A stretch of DNA of 64,000 nt from Candidatus Uhrbacteria bacterium. GTDB taxonomy: Bacteria; Patescibacteriota; Patescibacteriia; UBA9934. This document shows positions 10,194 to 19,325 of this stretch, piece by piece. The stretch covers positions 11,896-75,895 of the forward strand of contig JABJOE010000002.1 in the NCBI GenBank assembly GCA_018664485.1, written 5' to 3'. Numbering within the stretch: position 1 is the stretch's first letter; the number at the start of each line of letters is the position of its first letter. Both the position numbers and the translations under genes were made by a program. The notes under the pieces were generated by a model. It made no database searches, was not told the origin of the DNA, and was given only the letters and a program-made list of their open reading frames with translations.

Positions 10194-12851
10194 CTATTCC
10201 TCGTCTTTCTTTTCGTTCTCCATATGTACGTCAACAGAAATAAGTTCAGGTTCTTTTTTCTCCGAATAATCAATTGGTCGAACCTCTGTTTTTTCAAATC
10301 CAGGCTTCTCGAACGTTACATAATACGTATTTGGTCCCGCCATAAAGGCGTAATGACCCTTTCCGTCTGTAAGTGTTGATTCGATTAGCTTGTTATATTT
10401 TGGCTCAAATAGACGAACCACAGTATTTGGAAGTGCTGCCTTGTCTGTCATTGTTCGAACGATTCCCCAACCTTTCTGCTTTTTGATGCGATGAGTCAGA
10501 ATACCCGTTGCCGCATACATGAATGCGTGTATGAAAACGATTACAAAACTCAGAACAGTCAGCTGAATAAATGCCACAACGATCGCAACTACCAGCCCTG
10601 CTATTGCAAGAACATGCTGGAAGATTCGAAGGAAGCGCATCATCACCAATCGTTTTGGCGTATGTAGTTTTTCAGCTTGATCAGGGTCCACTGGAATATT
10701 GGGCGTAAGAAGTACCTGATTTGCATCTACCTCAATCACACCACCCGTATATACATCAAGATAATTTCCATCTTGACTCTTTCCAGCCATGTAATCACTT
10801 GGGAATACGAATCCGGCTTTCGCCACCTTCATCGAATACCGACCCTCTTTCACCTTAAAGAAGAACCTACCCTCTTTGTCAGTTACTCGTGTCTGAACGA
10901 TCTTCCCCTGCTCACTATACAAACGAACGATAGCAAGGTCGACGGGCAATTTTGTAATACCGTTGTAGACTAGTCCGAATTTTTGTCGTCTTCGTCGTGC
11001 GAAGAACAGAATCGGCGCTGTAAATAGATAGCGCAGATAGTTCAACAAGTTAAATGATGTGGCAAGAACTCCAACGCTTGTCGCTGCGACAACGACGGTT
11101 ACCGGTGACGCCACTTCTGCGGCCACCTGAACCTCTGGGATTTCTCTTACCTCATTTACAACATCACTTATATCCGACACAAATGCTTGTGCTACATCAA
11201 CTGCCGTACCAACCACAGCAACGACTGCTATGCTCGATTCGTCAGACTCCGTATCCACAACCGGAGCCTCTATAGGCTCGAGTTCAATACTCGGATTCAA
11301 AATTCCATTTGAAACGAAAATTTGTTTCTCTGCATCGATGTATCCGGATTTTCCAGCCGTCACAAGATAAGAACCGTTTGGCACATACCAAGCGAATGCT
11401 CCATCTTGCAAGACTGTAATGGGATTTGACTGATCGTAGTCAGTTGCATCCCACTGATGTAACGAGTCTCCGCCTTCATAAACTATGACAATTGCGCCGT
11501 CAACCGGCGTACGCTCGTCGTCCAAAAGCTGGTAAACAACCCCTAAACTCTGAACGTTCCAATCGTAATAGTCAGTTATCACTTCGTCGTCACCATATGT
11601 AACAACAACCGTCGCTACAGTATCTTCAGACGCAGTTTCAACGACGCCTGCGTAGACATCGTCATCCGTTTGTGACAATTCGTATTGATTATCTCCAATA
11701 ACTAGGATAACCGTCGTGACATCATCTGAGTCGGCAACCTCAACAGATACAACTACCTCTGTGTCTGGTAATACATCAATATCTTCATCCTCCCCGAGGA
11801 AAACACTACCGTCATTACTGCTTACGGTTGTGTCGAAAGATCTTGAGTTGTCTGATCCCGATCCTGAATCACCAGAGTCATCATCGTCTGTCGATGAATC
11901 ATCTTCTGTGCCAGGGTCTTCGTCATCAGTATCGTCATCTGGATCATCGGAGTCTCCTCCCGATCCGCCGCCGCCTCCTCCGCCATCACCTGAATCGCCT
12001 CCGGAGTCTCCTCCGGAATCTCCGTCTCCGTCTCCACCACCGCCGTCGTCACCAGAATCTCCTGGGTCATCTTCTGAATCATCACCTGGGTCATCATCGG
12101 TGTCATCTCCAGGTTCCTCTTCATCATCACCTGGATCTTCTTCGGTGTCGTCACCGGGATCATCTTCATCGTCACCCGGATCATCATCGTCACCATCTCC
12201 GTCATCACCGGAATCTCCGCCATCGTCCCCTCCGCCGCCGCCTCCTCCACCTCCGCCTCCACCTCCACCTCCTGATTCTGGAATGGTAGCTGAAACCGTT
12301 CCGTCATCATTTGATGCGATTGGCAAAACTATCGTTCCGCCCATTCCTGAGGTACCGGCAACTGTTAGAAAGTATGAAGCTGCGTTTGATGGGTTTGTGA
12401 TCTGAAACGCTCCCGTTCCAGAGGATGTTGCGTTCGTTCCTATTTCCACAATAACTTCACTCGCACTTGCAACCGCTCCGCCGTCACCGGCGCATATTGT
12501 AAAAGTTACAAGGCCTGAAGATATTGTCACAGATACTTCCTCTGATCCTGTGCAGTTTGCCGCAGTTGTCAGGTCAACCCCATCGTCTGATATGTCGATG
12601 GAGTCTTCTACTATAGAAGACGTTGTGAAACTCGATGGAAAATCGATTGTAAAGGTCTCCCCTTCGTCGATCGCGTCTGAGACGGTCATGACGATCTTGT
12701 GATTGGATGCTTGTGAAACCTCAATTGATGACGGCTGGTCATACGCTGACGTAAGCGTTGTTGCCGCCAATGTTAAAGACGCCCAAGGCCCTAGAAGGGC
12801 GCTCAAGGTTATAAGGACGATCCAGAAAATGGCACGAAATGTGCGAATCAT
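10194..12851 (-). CDS. Large membrane-anchored surface protein with G/D-rich linker and carboxypeptidase-regulatory-like domains
   Basis: Likely start MIRTFRAIFW (signal peptide); poly-G and DDPGDD repeats; TDKEGRFFF and TDGKGHYAF motifs; TM segments. Confidence 0.75.
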   Translation of the reverse strand: MIRTFRAIFWIVLITLSALLGPWASLTLAATTLTSAYDQPSSIEVSQASNHKIVMTVSDAIDEGETFTIDFPSSFTTSSIVEDSIDISDDGVDLTTAANCTGSEEVSVTISSGLVTFTICAGDGGAVASASEVIVEIGTNATSSGTGAFQITNPSNAASYFLTVAGTSGMGGTIVLPIASNDDGTVSATIPESGGGGGGGGGGGGGGGDDGGDSGDDGDGDDDDPGDDEDDPGDDTEEDPGDDEEEPGDDTDDDPGDDSEDDPGDSGDDGGGGDGDGDSGGDSGGDSGDGGGGGGGSGGDSDDPDDDTDDEDPGTEDDSSTDDDDSGDSGSGSDNSRSFDTTVSSNDGSVFLGEDEDIDVLPDTEVVVSVEVADSDDVTTVILVIGDNQYELSQTDDDVYAGVVETASEDTVATVVVTYGDDEVITDYYDWNVQSLGVVYQLLDDERTPVDGAIVIVYEGGDSLHQWDATDYDQSNPITVLQDGAFAWYVPNGSYLVTAGKSGYIDAEKQIFVSNGILNPSIELEPIEAPVVDTESDESSIAVVAVVGTAVDVAQAFVSDISDVVNEVREIPEVQVAAEVASPVTVVVAATSVGVLATSFNLLNYLRYLFTAPILFFARRRRQKFGLVYNGITKLPVDLAIVRLYSEQGKIVQTRVTDKEGRFFFKVKEGRYSMKVAKAGFVFPSDYMAGKSQDGNYLDVYTGGVIEVDANQVLLTPNIPVDPDQAEKLHTPKRLVMMRFLRIFQHVLAIAGLVVAIVVAFIQLTVLSFVIVFIHAFMYAATGILTHRIKKQKGWGIVRTMTDKAALPNTVVRLFEPKYNKLIESTLTDGKGHYAFMAGPNTYYVTFEKPGFEKTEVRPIDYSEKKEPELISVDVHMENEKKDEE
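11850..12275 (-). repeat. Low-complexity coding repeat (poly-Gly, DDPGDD, GGDS)
   Basis: Recurrent tcatcatc/cctcc/tctcc units that also generate spurious overlapping ORFs. Confidence 0.8.
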
Positions 12852-12891
12852 AGTTTGCGAACAACTCCAGATATTTATGAAGCTGCTCAGA

Positions 12892-13770
12892 TTACGGACC
12901 GCGGGAAAATCTATGCATCCAAGCAAGGAGACCTAGAATAACGAGCGCGAAGAGTGCGCCTTTCCACGGAAAGATGATGATGTGTTGACGAGCATGAAAC
13001 ACTTCTCCGTCTTCCCATGGCTGAACTTCAAGGTCGACAGTGAAAAGACCAATAGCAAACGGTTGCTTTGTGTCTTCTTCCTGTTCTCCCCAATATGTTG
13101 TGAAGGTGCGTGTCTGCCCGCTCACAGCTCGTGAGCCCTCCACATTGACGCTATTTAAAGCGACTTCCCGGCCAAATAGGCTGGTAATACGCATCGATCC
13201 TTGTGGGATCACGACGCGTTCCCCCTCATTGCGAACACTTAGATGACCTATCACCGGCAAAGACCAACCGCCAGACGATTCAATTGTGGCATCAAGCCAA
13301 TAAACTGATTCATAGACGGGTCCAACAGTAATAAATCCTAGCGAAACAATCGCTGTCTGTACGCCAATACCCTGCGATGCCTGGTTTTGACGAGTAACCT
13401 TTACTCCGAATGTGATGACTTGAGGCTCCAAATCATCAGGTGGAGTGAAAGCTAGGTCGATCGTTCCCTGTGTGTTTGCAGCAAGCGAGAGCACGCCATC
13501 ATCAATAGAAATCCATGATGCAATTTCCTCATCCAATTTGGAGAAAGAAATTTCCTCGTACGTCTCACCAATATGTACTTGTATAATCTCGAGTTCGTAT
13601 GTCGCCTCGTCATTTTGATCATTCACCAAAATAAGTTGAGCGTCACCGGTTTCTCCTGCTGTAATTGTGACGTCGAAACTTTCCGGCCACAGCTCTTCTG
13701 CTAAACCAATATTGGGGGGAAGTAAAAGCAGTAGAGCGAAGAGGCATATGTACTTAGTAATTCCCGACAT
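12892..13770 (-). CDS. Exported protein resembling DUF916/DUF3324 (WxL-interacting) with C-terminal TM anchor
   Basis: Likely start MSGITKY; signal peptide; Ig-like VTITAGETG...LILVN and VRNEGERVVIPQG motifs; C-terminal TM helix. Confidence 0.55.
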   Translation of the reverse strand: MSGITKYICLFALLLLLPPNIGLAEELWPESFDVTITAGETGDAQLILVNDQNDEATYELEIIQVHIGETYEEISFSKLDEEIASWISIDDGVLSLAANTQGTIDLAFTPPDDLEPQVITFGVKVTRQNQASQGIGVQTAIVSLGFITVGPVYESVYWLDATIESSGGWSLPVIGHLSVRNEGERVVIPQGSMRITSLFGREVALNSVNVEGSRAVSGQTRTFTTYWGEQEEDTKQPFAIGLFTVDLEVQPWEDGEVFHARQHIIIFPWKGALFALVILGLLAWMHRFSRGP

Positions 13771-14665
13771 ACAGCACGGTAAGTACGTGGGAATAACTTC
13801 CATCCGTTTGAGAGCTGGTCATTCCAGCTTTAAGCGTAATGAAGTTTCTACTTGCAAAGATACTCGCCGACTCTGTTGCGATTGCTGCAAGTGTGGTTGT
13901 GATCGCCGTGTCTTGCGTGTCAAAAGTTGATGACGTAATGGATGAATCCGATGCTCGCGCACCGTATTCAGTTGATCCTGCAGTCACAGCTCCGTCACTT
14001 ACGTCTGTAATTGTGTTTGATCCATCTATTAGATCTGTATCTTCGCTGATGTAGATATCAAACCCGGAATCAACATCGCCTGATGCCTCCCAAGCAACAA
14101 TTGATGTCGCTACTGAGGAACCTGTAAGGGTTCCGAGGGAAAGTGATGAGGCATTTAGCCGATAAACTACGTCATTGCTACCGTCTATAGTTAATGAGTC
14201 ACCTGAAAGCGAGTCAATAATCAAGTCGGAGCCTGACACTGATGTGATCTTTCCTATAGCTGTTGATTGGCTTGCGCCCTCATCTTGTACAATCGCTACC
14301 ATCTGATCAGCACTAAATCCACTTGTGCTTGCAATGGTTACAGTTGTGCCAGACAGAGCACTTGAACCTACTTGGCTACTTCGATCTTGCAGATAGAGAT
14401 TAAAATCTACGACCCGATCATAGATACCACCTCTATGGCCTGCATCAAAGGAATAACTCGTTGATGTCGAATTACCTTCTGCCACACCACCAATTGAATC
14501 GCGGAGTTGATATGACGCTGATGAGCTGGAATCGCTCCCGCCAGCATTAATCACATCCCAATCAATTCGATAATTGGTTGATGACATTTGGGCATTTGCC
14601 ACCTGAGTTATAAGGAGCAATACAAATGCACATAAAGTAAGGGGGAATGCAGTGCGCACATTCAT
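13754..14665 (-). CDS. Exported S/T-rich protein with WxL/fimbrial-like C-terminus
   Basis: Signal peptide ending ANA; SSTNYRI..DVINAGG motif; C-terminal GSYSHVLTVLYVGNY. Confidence 0.6.
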   Translation of the reverse strand: MNVRTAFPLTLCAFVLLLITQVANAQMSSTNYRIDWDVINAGGSDSSSSASYQLRDSIGGVAEGNSTSTSYSFDAGHRGGIYDRVVDFNLYLQDRSSQVGSSALSGTTVTIASTSGFSADQMVAIVQDEGASQSTAIGKITSVSGSDLIIDSLSGDSLTIDGSNDVVYRLNASSLSLGTLTGSSVATSIVAWEASGDVDSGFDIYISEDTDLIDGSNTITDVSDGAVTAGSTEYGARASDSSITSSTFDTQDTAITTTLAAIATESASIFASRNFITLKAGMTSSQTDGSYSHVLTVLYVGNY

Positions 14666-14763
14666 ACACAGCAATTATAAGTTGAACACATATTTGCGTC
14701 AAAGAGTGAGGGGATTATAATTTGGCCAATATTAGAGGAATCACGCTTAAAAATATGGCTAAT

Positions 14764-14827
14764 TGTGGATAAATAATTAAGAGACCCAATAGAATAAGGG
14801 TATTAGCTGTGGATAAACTGTGAATTG
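14764..14827. promoter_or_regulatory. DnaA-box cluster
   Basis: Perfect TGTGGATAA at 14764-14772 and 14808-14816; degenerate TGTGAATTG 14819-14827; a further TGTTGATAA near 15433. Confidence 0.65.
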
Positions 14828-14861
14828 CTTGAATTATACTTGTCCAGTCTAGCGTAGACAG

Positions 14862-14877
14862 TGTTACACGTGAATCA
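14862..14877. promoter_or_regulatory. parS: parS site
   Basis: TGTTACACGTGAATCA, one mismatch to TGTTNCACGTGAAACA. Confidence 0.7.
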
Positions 14878-15236
14878 TTCTACCTGTTTTTTTCATACAT
14901 CACCCCACCCCTCTATTCAGCCACATCTAAAGACTGCTTCGAGGATCATTCTGCACATTGTCTGTGTGGTGGCTTGTTCAAATATCAGCCACCACCCTAT
15001 CAAGTAGCTCGCACGAGCCACTGAGTACAAAAAATGATAACTATCAGCTCGTACTTCTCGCGCCAGCGCCAATGTAGAACGGCAACCCACCCGTGATACA
15101 CAGCAACTCTAAGATCTATTGAATGCTGTCGTTCGTCAATAGATATACTTAGATGCACAAACAATCAAATGCGGTTATTTGGCAAATATCAAAGGCACAC
15201 ACGAATAAACAAGCATATCCAGCAAACCAGAAACTC

Positions 15237-15252
15237 CGTTTCACGTGAAAAA
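15237..15252. promoter_or_regulatory. parS: parS site
   Basis: CGTTTCACGTGAAAAA, two mismatches to consensus. Confidence 0.65.
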
Positions 15253-15537
15253 GCCGTACCACCCCTATATAGGTAGGACCCGCTGCAATCTAGACTGATA
15301 AACAAAAAAGAACCGACTGTCGGTTCAAATATATCTCCACAAGTTATTAACACCCATTATCGGGCAAAATATGGCTATTATAGCGATTTTTTAACTAAAT
15401 GACTGTAACAACCCCAGTATCAGGTACATAATGTTGATAACTCTTAGCGCTAAGACTCTCCCCCTTCATACAATTACTTTGTCTTGAAAATACTGCAGTT
15501 ACATTTTCTGCTAGGCACAGCCAACCCTCTGTAAAAC

Positions 15538-15831
15538 CGACCTCATTGGTCGACGTCGAGCACCGCAATAGCGAAAAGTAGGTTGCCCCTATAACTGACT
15601 CCAGAGACGCTACTATTTTCTTTCAATGCGGTGTTGTCTGATCTTGGGAACGCTGCAATTTTATTTTTCTACTAGGCGCAGCAAGGACAGCAGAAAACTG
15701 AGCCAATAGCCATCATCAACACAAAGGATCGACAACAAAACTGACCATTGAGACGCCGTGCTCTTGTTTTAATACAAGGCGCTGAGAGTAGTGAAGTAAG
15801 TCGACCTGATTGGTCGACGTCGAGCAACGCA
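15538..15831 (+). repeat. 30-bp direct repeat (15538-15567, 15802-15831)
   Basis: cgacct[c/g]attggtcgacgtcgagca[c/a]cgca, 28/30 identical. Confidence 0.8.
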
Positions 15832-15877
15832 TCAGCAACGACGTAGTAAAGCGAGAGGACAAGTCTCAATGGTCAGT
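15740..15877. repeat. 138-bp element bounded by a perfect 15-bp inverted repeat abutting tRNA-Arg CCA
   Basis: ACTGACCATTGAGAC 15740-15754 / GTCTCAATGGTCAGT 15863-15877. Confidence 0.75.
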
Positions 15878-15953
15878 GGAGGCCTCGGCGGGAGTCGAAC
15901 CCACAACCCTCTCCTTAGGACGGAGTTGCTCTATCCAATTGAGCTACGAGGCC
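15877..15953 (-). tRNA. tRNA-Arg (CCT)
   Basis: GGCCTCG acceptor stem, loop GT-CCT-AA, GGTTCGACTCC T-arm, encoded CCA. Confidence 0.92.
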
Positions 15954-16068
15954 ATTTTCTTACATGCCATTATGTGTCGTAAAATACTACACCAAATCTA
16001 GCACGCTATACCGAGTGTATATGAGGCACGAAACGATGTCCATCTAAATCTGATAGAATGTAATTCCT

Positions 16069-17172
16069 ATGAATGAATTACTATATATTTTTGCAGGTGT
16101 AGCAGCCGGTGCCGTCATCGTCTACCTTACAAAACGAGGCTCTTCCCAGAATGATGATGTGTCGCAAAACGTAAACCAGCAATTGCAAACACTTCGTGAA
16201 GAGCTTCAAAGAACCAACAGTGATCAAAGACGTGAAGTTCAAGAACAGCTGCAACGCGTTGAAGATCAGCTCGGGAAAGGGATGCGTCACTCACACGATT
16301 CGATGCAACAACAGTTCCAACACACGTCAAAGATCGTTCAAGACGTCACGCAACGCCTCACAGAGCTCGATAAAACCAATAAGCAGGTCCTAGACTTTTC
16401 TTCACAGCTACAGAACCTACAAAACATTTTAAAAAATCCAAAACAGCGCGGTGTGCTTGGCGAGTACTGGCTTGAAACACTTCTTGGAAATGTTCTACCA
16501 GCTTCAAGCTACAAGATGCAATACGAAGTAGGGAAAGATGAAAAAACTTCTCAAAAACTTATCGCCGACGCTGCAATTTTCATACGAGATCAGGTTATTC
16601 CAATCGATGCTAAGTTCACGCTTGAGAACTATAATCGAATGATGCAAGAACATGACTCAGAGAGAAGAGGAAAAATTGAAAAGGCTTTCAAATCAGACGT
16701 AAAGAAACGAATCGACGAAACAAGTAAGTATATAAGGCCAGAAATGGGTACAATGAACTTTGCTTTCATGTTCATTCCAGCAGAAGGGGTTTATTACAAT
16801 CTACTTAATGCCGAAGTCGGATCGGGAATCAACAGTACAAACCTCGTTCAATACGCTTTTGAAAAACACGTAATGCTCGTGTCGCCAACTTCTTTCTACG
16901 CATACCTACAAACAGTGTTAATGGGACTTCGAGAATTAAAACTGGAAGAATCAACGACAGAAATTATCAAAAGAGTAGGGGAGCTTGGAAAACACATTGG
17001 AGCCTATCAGGATTATCATGAACGACTTGGAAAGAATCTAGGGACTGTCGTAAATCAATACAATCAATCAAGTGGGGAACTCCGAAAAGTAAGTAAGGAT
17101 GTAAATAAGATCACATCTGGTGAAATGGTCTTGATAGAAACTGAAGACATATCAAAGCCAGAAATCGAGTAA
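16069..17172 (+). CDS. rmuC: DNA recombination protein RmuC
   Basis: N-terminal TM and coiled coil; PKQRGVLGE, IDAKF, FMFIPAE, VSPTS motifs. Confidence 0.93.
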   Translation: MNELLYIFAGVAAGAVIVYLTKRGSSQNDDVSQNVNQQLQTLREELQRTNSDQRREVQEQLQRVEDQLGKGMRHSHDSMQQQFQHTSKIVQDVTQRLTELDKTNKQVLDFSSQLQNLQNILKNPKQRGVLGEYWLETLLGNVLPASSYKMQYEVGKDEKTSQKLIADAAIFIRDQVIPIDAKFTLENYNRMMQEHDSERRGKIEKAFKSDVKKRIDETSKYIRPEMGTMNFAFMFIPAEGVYYNLLNAEVGSGINSTNLVQYAFEKHVMLVSPTSFYAYLQTVLMGLRELKLEESTTEIIKRVGELGKHIGAYQDYHERLGKNLGTVVNQYNQSSGELRKVSKDVNKITSGEMVLIETEDISKPEIE

Positions 17173-17175
17173 CAC

Positions 17176-17199
17176 AAAAACGCCCGTGAGGGCGCTTTT
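17176..17199. terminator. Bidirectional terminator between rmuC and rpsT
   Basis: aaaaa-cgccc-gtga-gggcg-ctttt. Confidence 0.7.
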
Positions 17200-17209
17200 G
17201 CTTTGAAGT

Positions 17210-17476
17210 TTATTTTGCTGAACGAACGATCGCAGCTTGCAATCGAGATTTGATACGAGCCGCCTTATTCTTTTTGAAGATGTTGTTCTTCGTAGCTTTA
17301 TCGATCTTCTTATCCATAAGAGGGATCATTGCCTTTGCTTCATCCTGCTGTCCTGCTTCCAAAAACTTTCGGAAACGTCGGCGTAGTGAATCGATCTCGG
17401 CACGCATGATCTTGTTCTTCTCATAACGCTTCTTGCTCTGTCGTAGAGCTTTCTTTGCATTTTCTAGATTTGGCAC
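17210..17476 (-). CDS. rpsT: 30S ribosomal protein S20
   Basis: GTG start, PNLENAKKALRQ...KNKAARIKSRL. Confidence 0.93.
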   Translation of the reverse strand: MPNLENAKKALRQSKKRYEKNKIMRAEIDSLRRRFRKFLEAGQQDEAKAMIPLMDKKIDKATKNNIFKKNKAARIKSRLQAAIVRSAK

Positions 17477-17577
17477 AATATTCGAGTTTAGTTCTAAAAT
17501 AATCTGTTTGAGAACGCGGTAGATCAATCCGCTTGAGACGACGAAACTATAGAGAAATTCGCGATATTTGTCAATAC

Positions 17578-18552
17578 TCAGGAACCAGAACTCATTCCGA
17601 TAACGGCGCGATCCATAGCAAACTCCATATCGACTTTTCCGTTCTTAATAAGCTTATCCAGACGATAAAGTAGGGTCTGAATGTGTAAAAGTTGGTCTTT
17701 CGTGAATCCACGAGCTTGGGAAAGAGTCTTTTGCGCCACAAATGGGTGCAATGAAAGGGAGCTGGCTACATCCTGTTTTGTCATCCCAGGGCTTGAGTCC
17801 AATAGATCACGAACGCTCAGCAATAGTCTGATCTGACGTGATAGCATGGCAAAAAGCTGATGATCTGACGTCCCAAATTGTCGCTGCGAAGACAGAAGTC
17901 CCAATACTCGTTTATATTGCCCGCCACTCAAGGCGTCCATGAGTGCAAACATCTGATCATCGCTATTAGTTCTAACCAGTAGATCAATCGCGGTCTCATC
18001 GAGTGCCGTTCCTCCCGAATATGCTGCCAGTTTCTCAAGTTCCCCTGACAATTGCCAAAGATCTGAGCCAACTCGCGACACAACCGTGCCAAGCAGCCGT
18101 CTATCGATCGACAAACCGATCTGTTTTGCATATTGATCAGCCCAGCTTGATAGCGCCCCGCCCGCAAGCGCTTCAAAAGGATATGAGTGCACGCCTTCTT
18201 GATCGACGAACGCCTTAACCATCGCGTGGCGAACCATCTTCTTCACAGATACACCATCCCAAACAACAACGATCGTAGACTCCGGTATTCGAGCAAATGC
18301 CTCGATCCATTCCTTGGCATCTTTCTTGGTTGAGTAAGTTTCACAAAGTCCACGCACAATCACCATGCGCTTTGCACCCAAAAACGGAGGCGCCTGAATT
18401 CCAGACATCACTTCCCCGAACTTCACCTTACCTACAACAAATTCCGCCACGTTCATGCCAGATGGATCGTGTTTCGCGACAAAATGCTCACGAAGCTGAG
18501 CCAACTTGTGAAGACTTGAATATGTATTTTCTCCAAACACAAAGATGAGCAT
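17578..18552 (-). CDS. holA: DNA polymerase III delta subunit
   Basis: IFVFGEN, PPFLGAKRMVIV, ELEKLAAY, LHPFVAQK; holA-rpsT synteny. Confidence 0.9.
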   Translation of the reverse strand: MLIFVFGENTYSSLHKLAQLREHFVAKHDPSGMNVAEFVVGKVKFGEVMSGIQAPPFLGAKRMVIVRGLCETYSTKKDAKEWIEAFARIPESTIVVVWDGVSVKKMVRHAMVKAFVDQEGVHSYPFEALAGGALSSWADQYAKQIGLSIDRRLLGTVVSRVGSDLWQLSGELEKLAAYSGGTALDETAIDLLVRTNSDDQMFALMDALSGGQYKRVLGLLSSQRQFGTSDHQLFAMLSRQIRLLLSVRDLLDSSPGMTKQDVASSLSLHPFVAQKTLSQARGFTKDQLLHIQTLLYRLDKLIKNGKVDMEFAMDRAVIGMSSGS

Positions 18553-18593
18553 AGGAGCCCATCTTATCACAGGTTAATTTTACCCATCGTTGA

Positions 18594-19187
18594 TCAACAA
18601 AGGGTGTACGACTGTCTATGGATCGCACATGGTCCTATTCGCGAAATAGACTCCCGGTGACCTTTCGTTCCGTAGCCCTTATGCCCATCAAATCCATACA
18701 GTGGATACTGATCATGATAGGCTCGCATCATACGATCACGTGTAACCTTGGCGATAATTGATGCGGCGGCGATAGACGTAACCTCTCGGTCTCCCTTAAT
18801 AATCCCCAGTTGTTCCACAGTGAGTCCCGGTACTGTCCAAGCATCCACAAGTGCGAAGTCTACCTCCTCTACCTGTCCTACAGCACGACGCATAGCAAGG
18901 TATGTAGCCTGGCGAATGTTCATCGCATCTATCTCACGGGCGGAAGCCCCACCAACAGACCAAGCAACTGCAGTCTGCACGATTTTCTCATAAGCTCGCT
19001 CACGTTGACGCTCTGAAAGCATCTTTGAATCACGCACAAGCTCAATCTCTACACCTAACGGCAAAACAACAGCAGCGGCAACAACAGGACCCGCGAGTGC
19101 ACCAGCACCAGCCTCATCTACGCCAACAATTTGGCAGTAGCCTTGAGCCACTAATGCTCGCTCGTGTTGAAATGTTGGAGTATTCAT
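18594..19187 (-). CDS. rnhB: Ribonuclease HII
   Basis: GVDEAG, DSKML, IAAASIIAKVTRD, HKGYGT. Confidence 0.95.
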   Translation of the reverse strand: MNTPTFQHERALVAQGYCQIVGVDEAGAGALAGPVVAAAVVLPLGVEIELVRDSKMLSERQRERAYEKIVQTAVAWSVGGASAREIDAMNIRQATYLAMRRAVGQVEEVDFALVDAWTVPGLTVEQLGIIKGDREVTSIAAASIIAKVTRDRMMRAYHDQYPLYGFDGHKGYGTKGHRESISRIGPCAIHRQSYTLC

Positions 19188-19325
19188 AAATATAGTATAG
19201 CAAAGTCGTATCTCGGCATGCCCTTCGTCCATACACAGCCCAATAGTTATATTAAACTCGGCAGTTATATATGATAAAGTGTACGCATAATACTAAGCGG
19301 TAGAATATTTCAATAATCGATTCAT

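Noticed and set aside
11716-12405. Ser/Pro-, His/Arg- and Met-rich ORFs
   Set aside because: Alternate frames of the G/D low-complexity linker.
14700-15450. This region as the primary oriC
   Set aside because: The dnaA-dnaN spacer has the DnaA-trio unwinding layout, and the + strand appears to turn G-rich after it.
15905-15930. Amber (CTA) suppressor reading of the tRNA-Arg anticodon loops
   Set aside because: The shifted register breaks the anticodon stem; CCT/TCT fits the cloverleaf.
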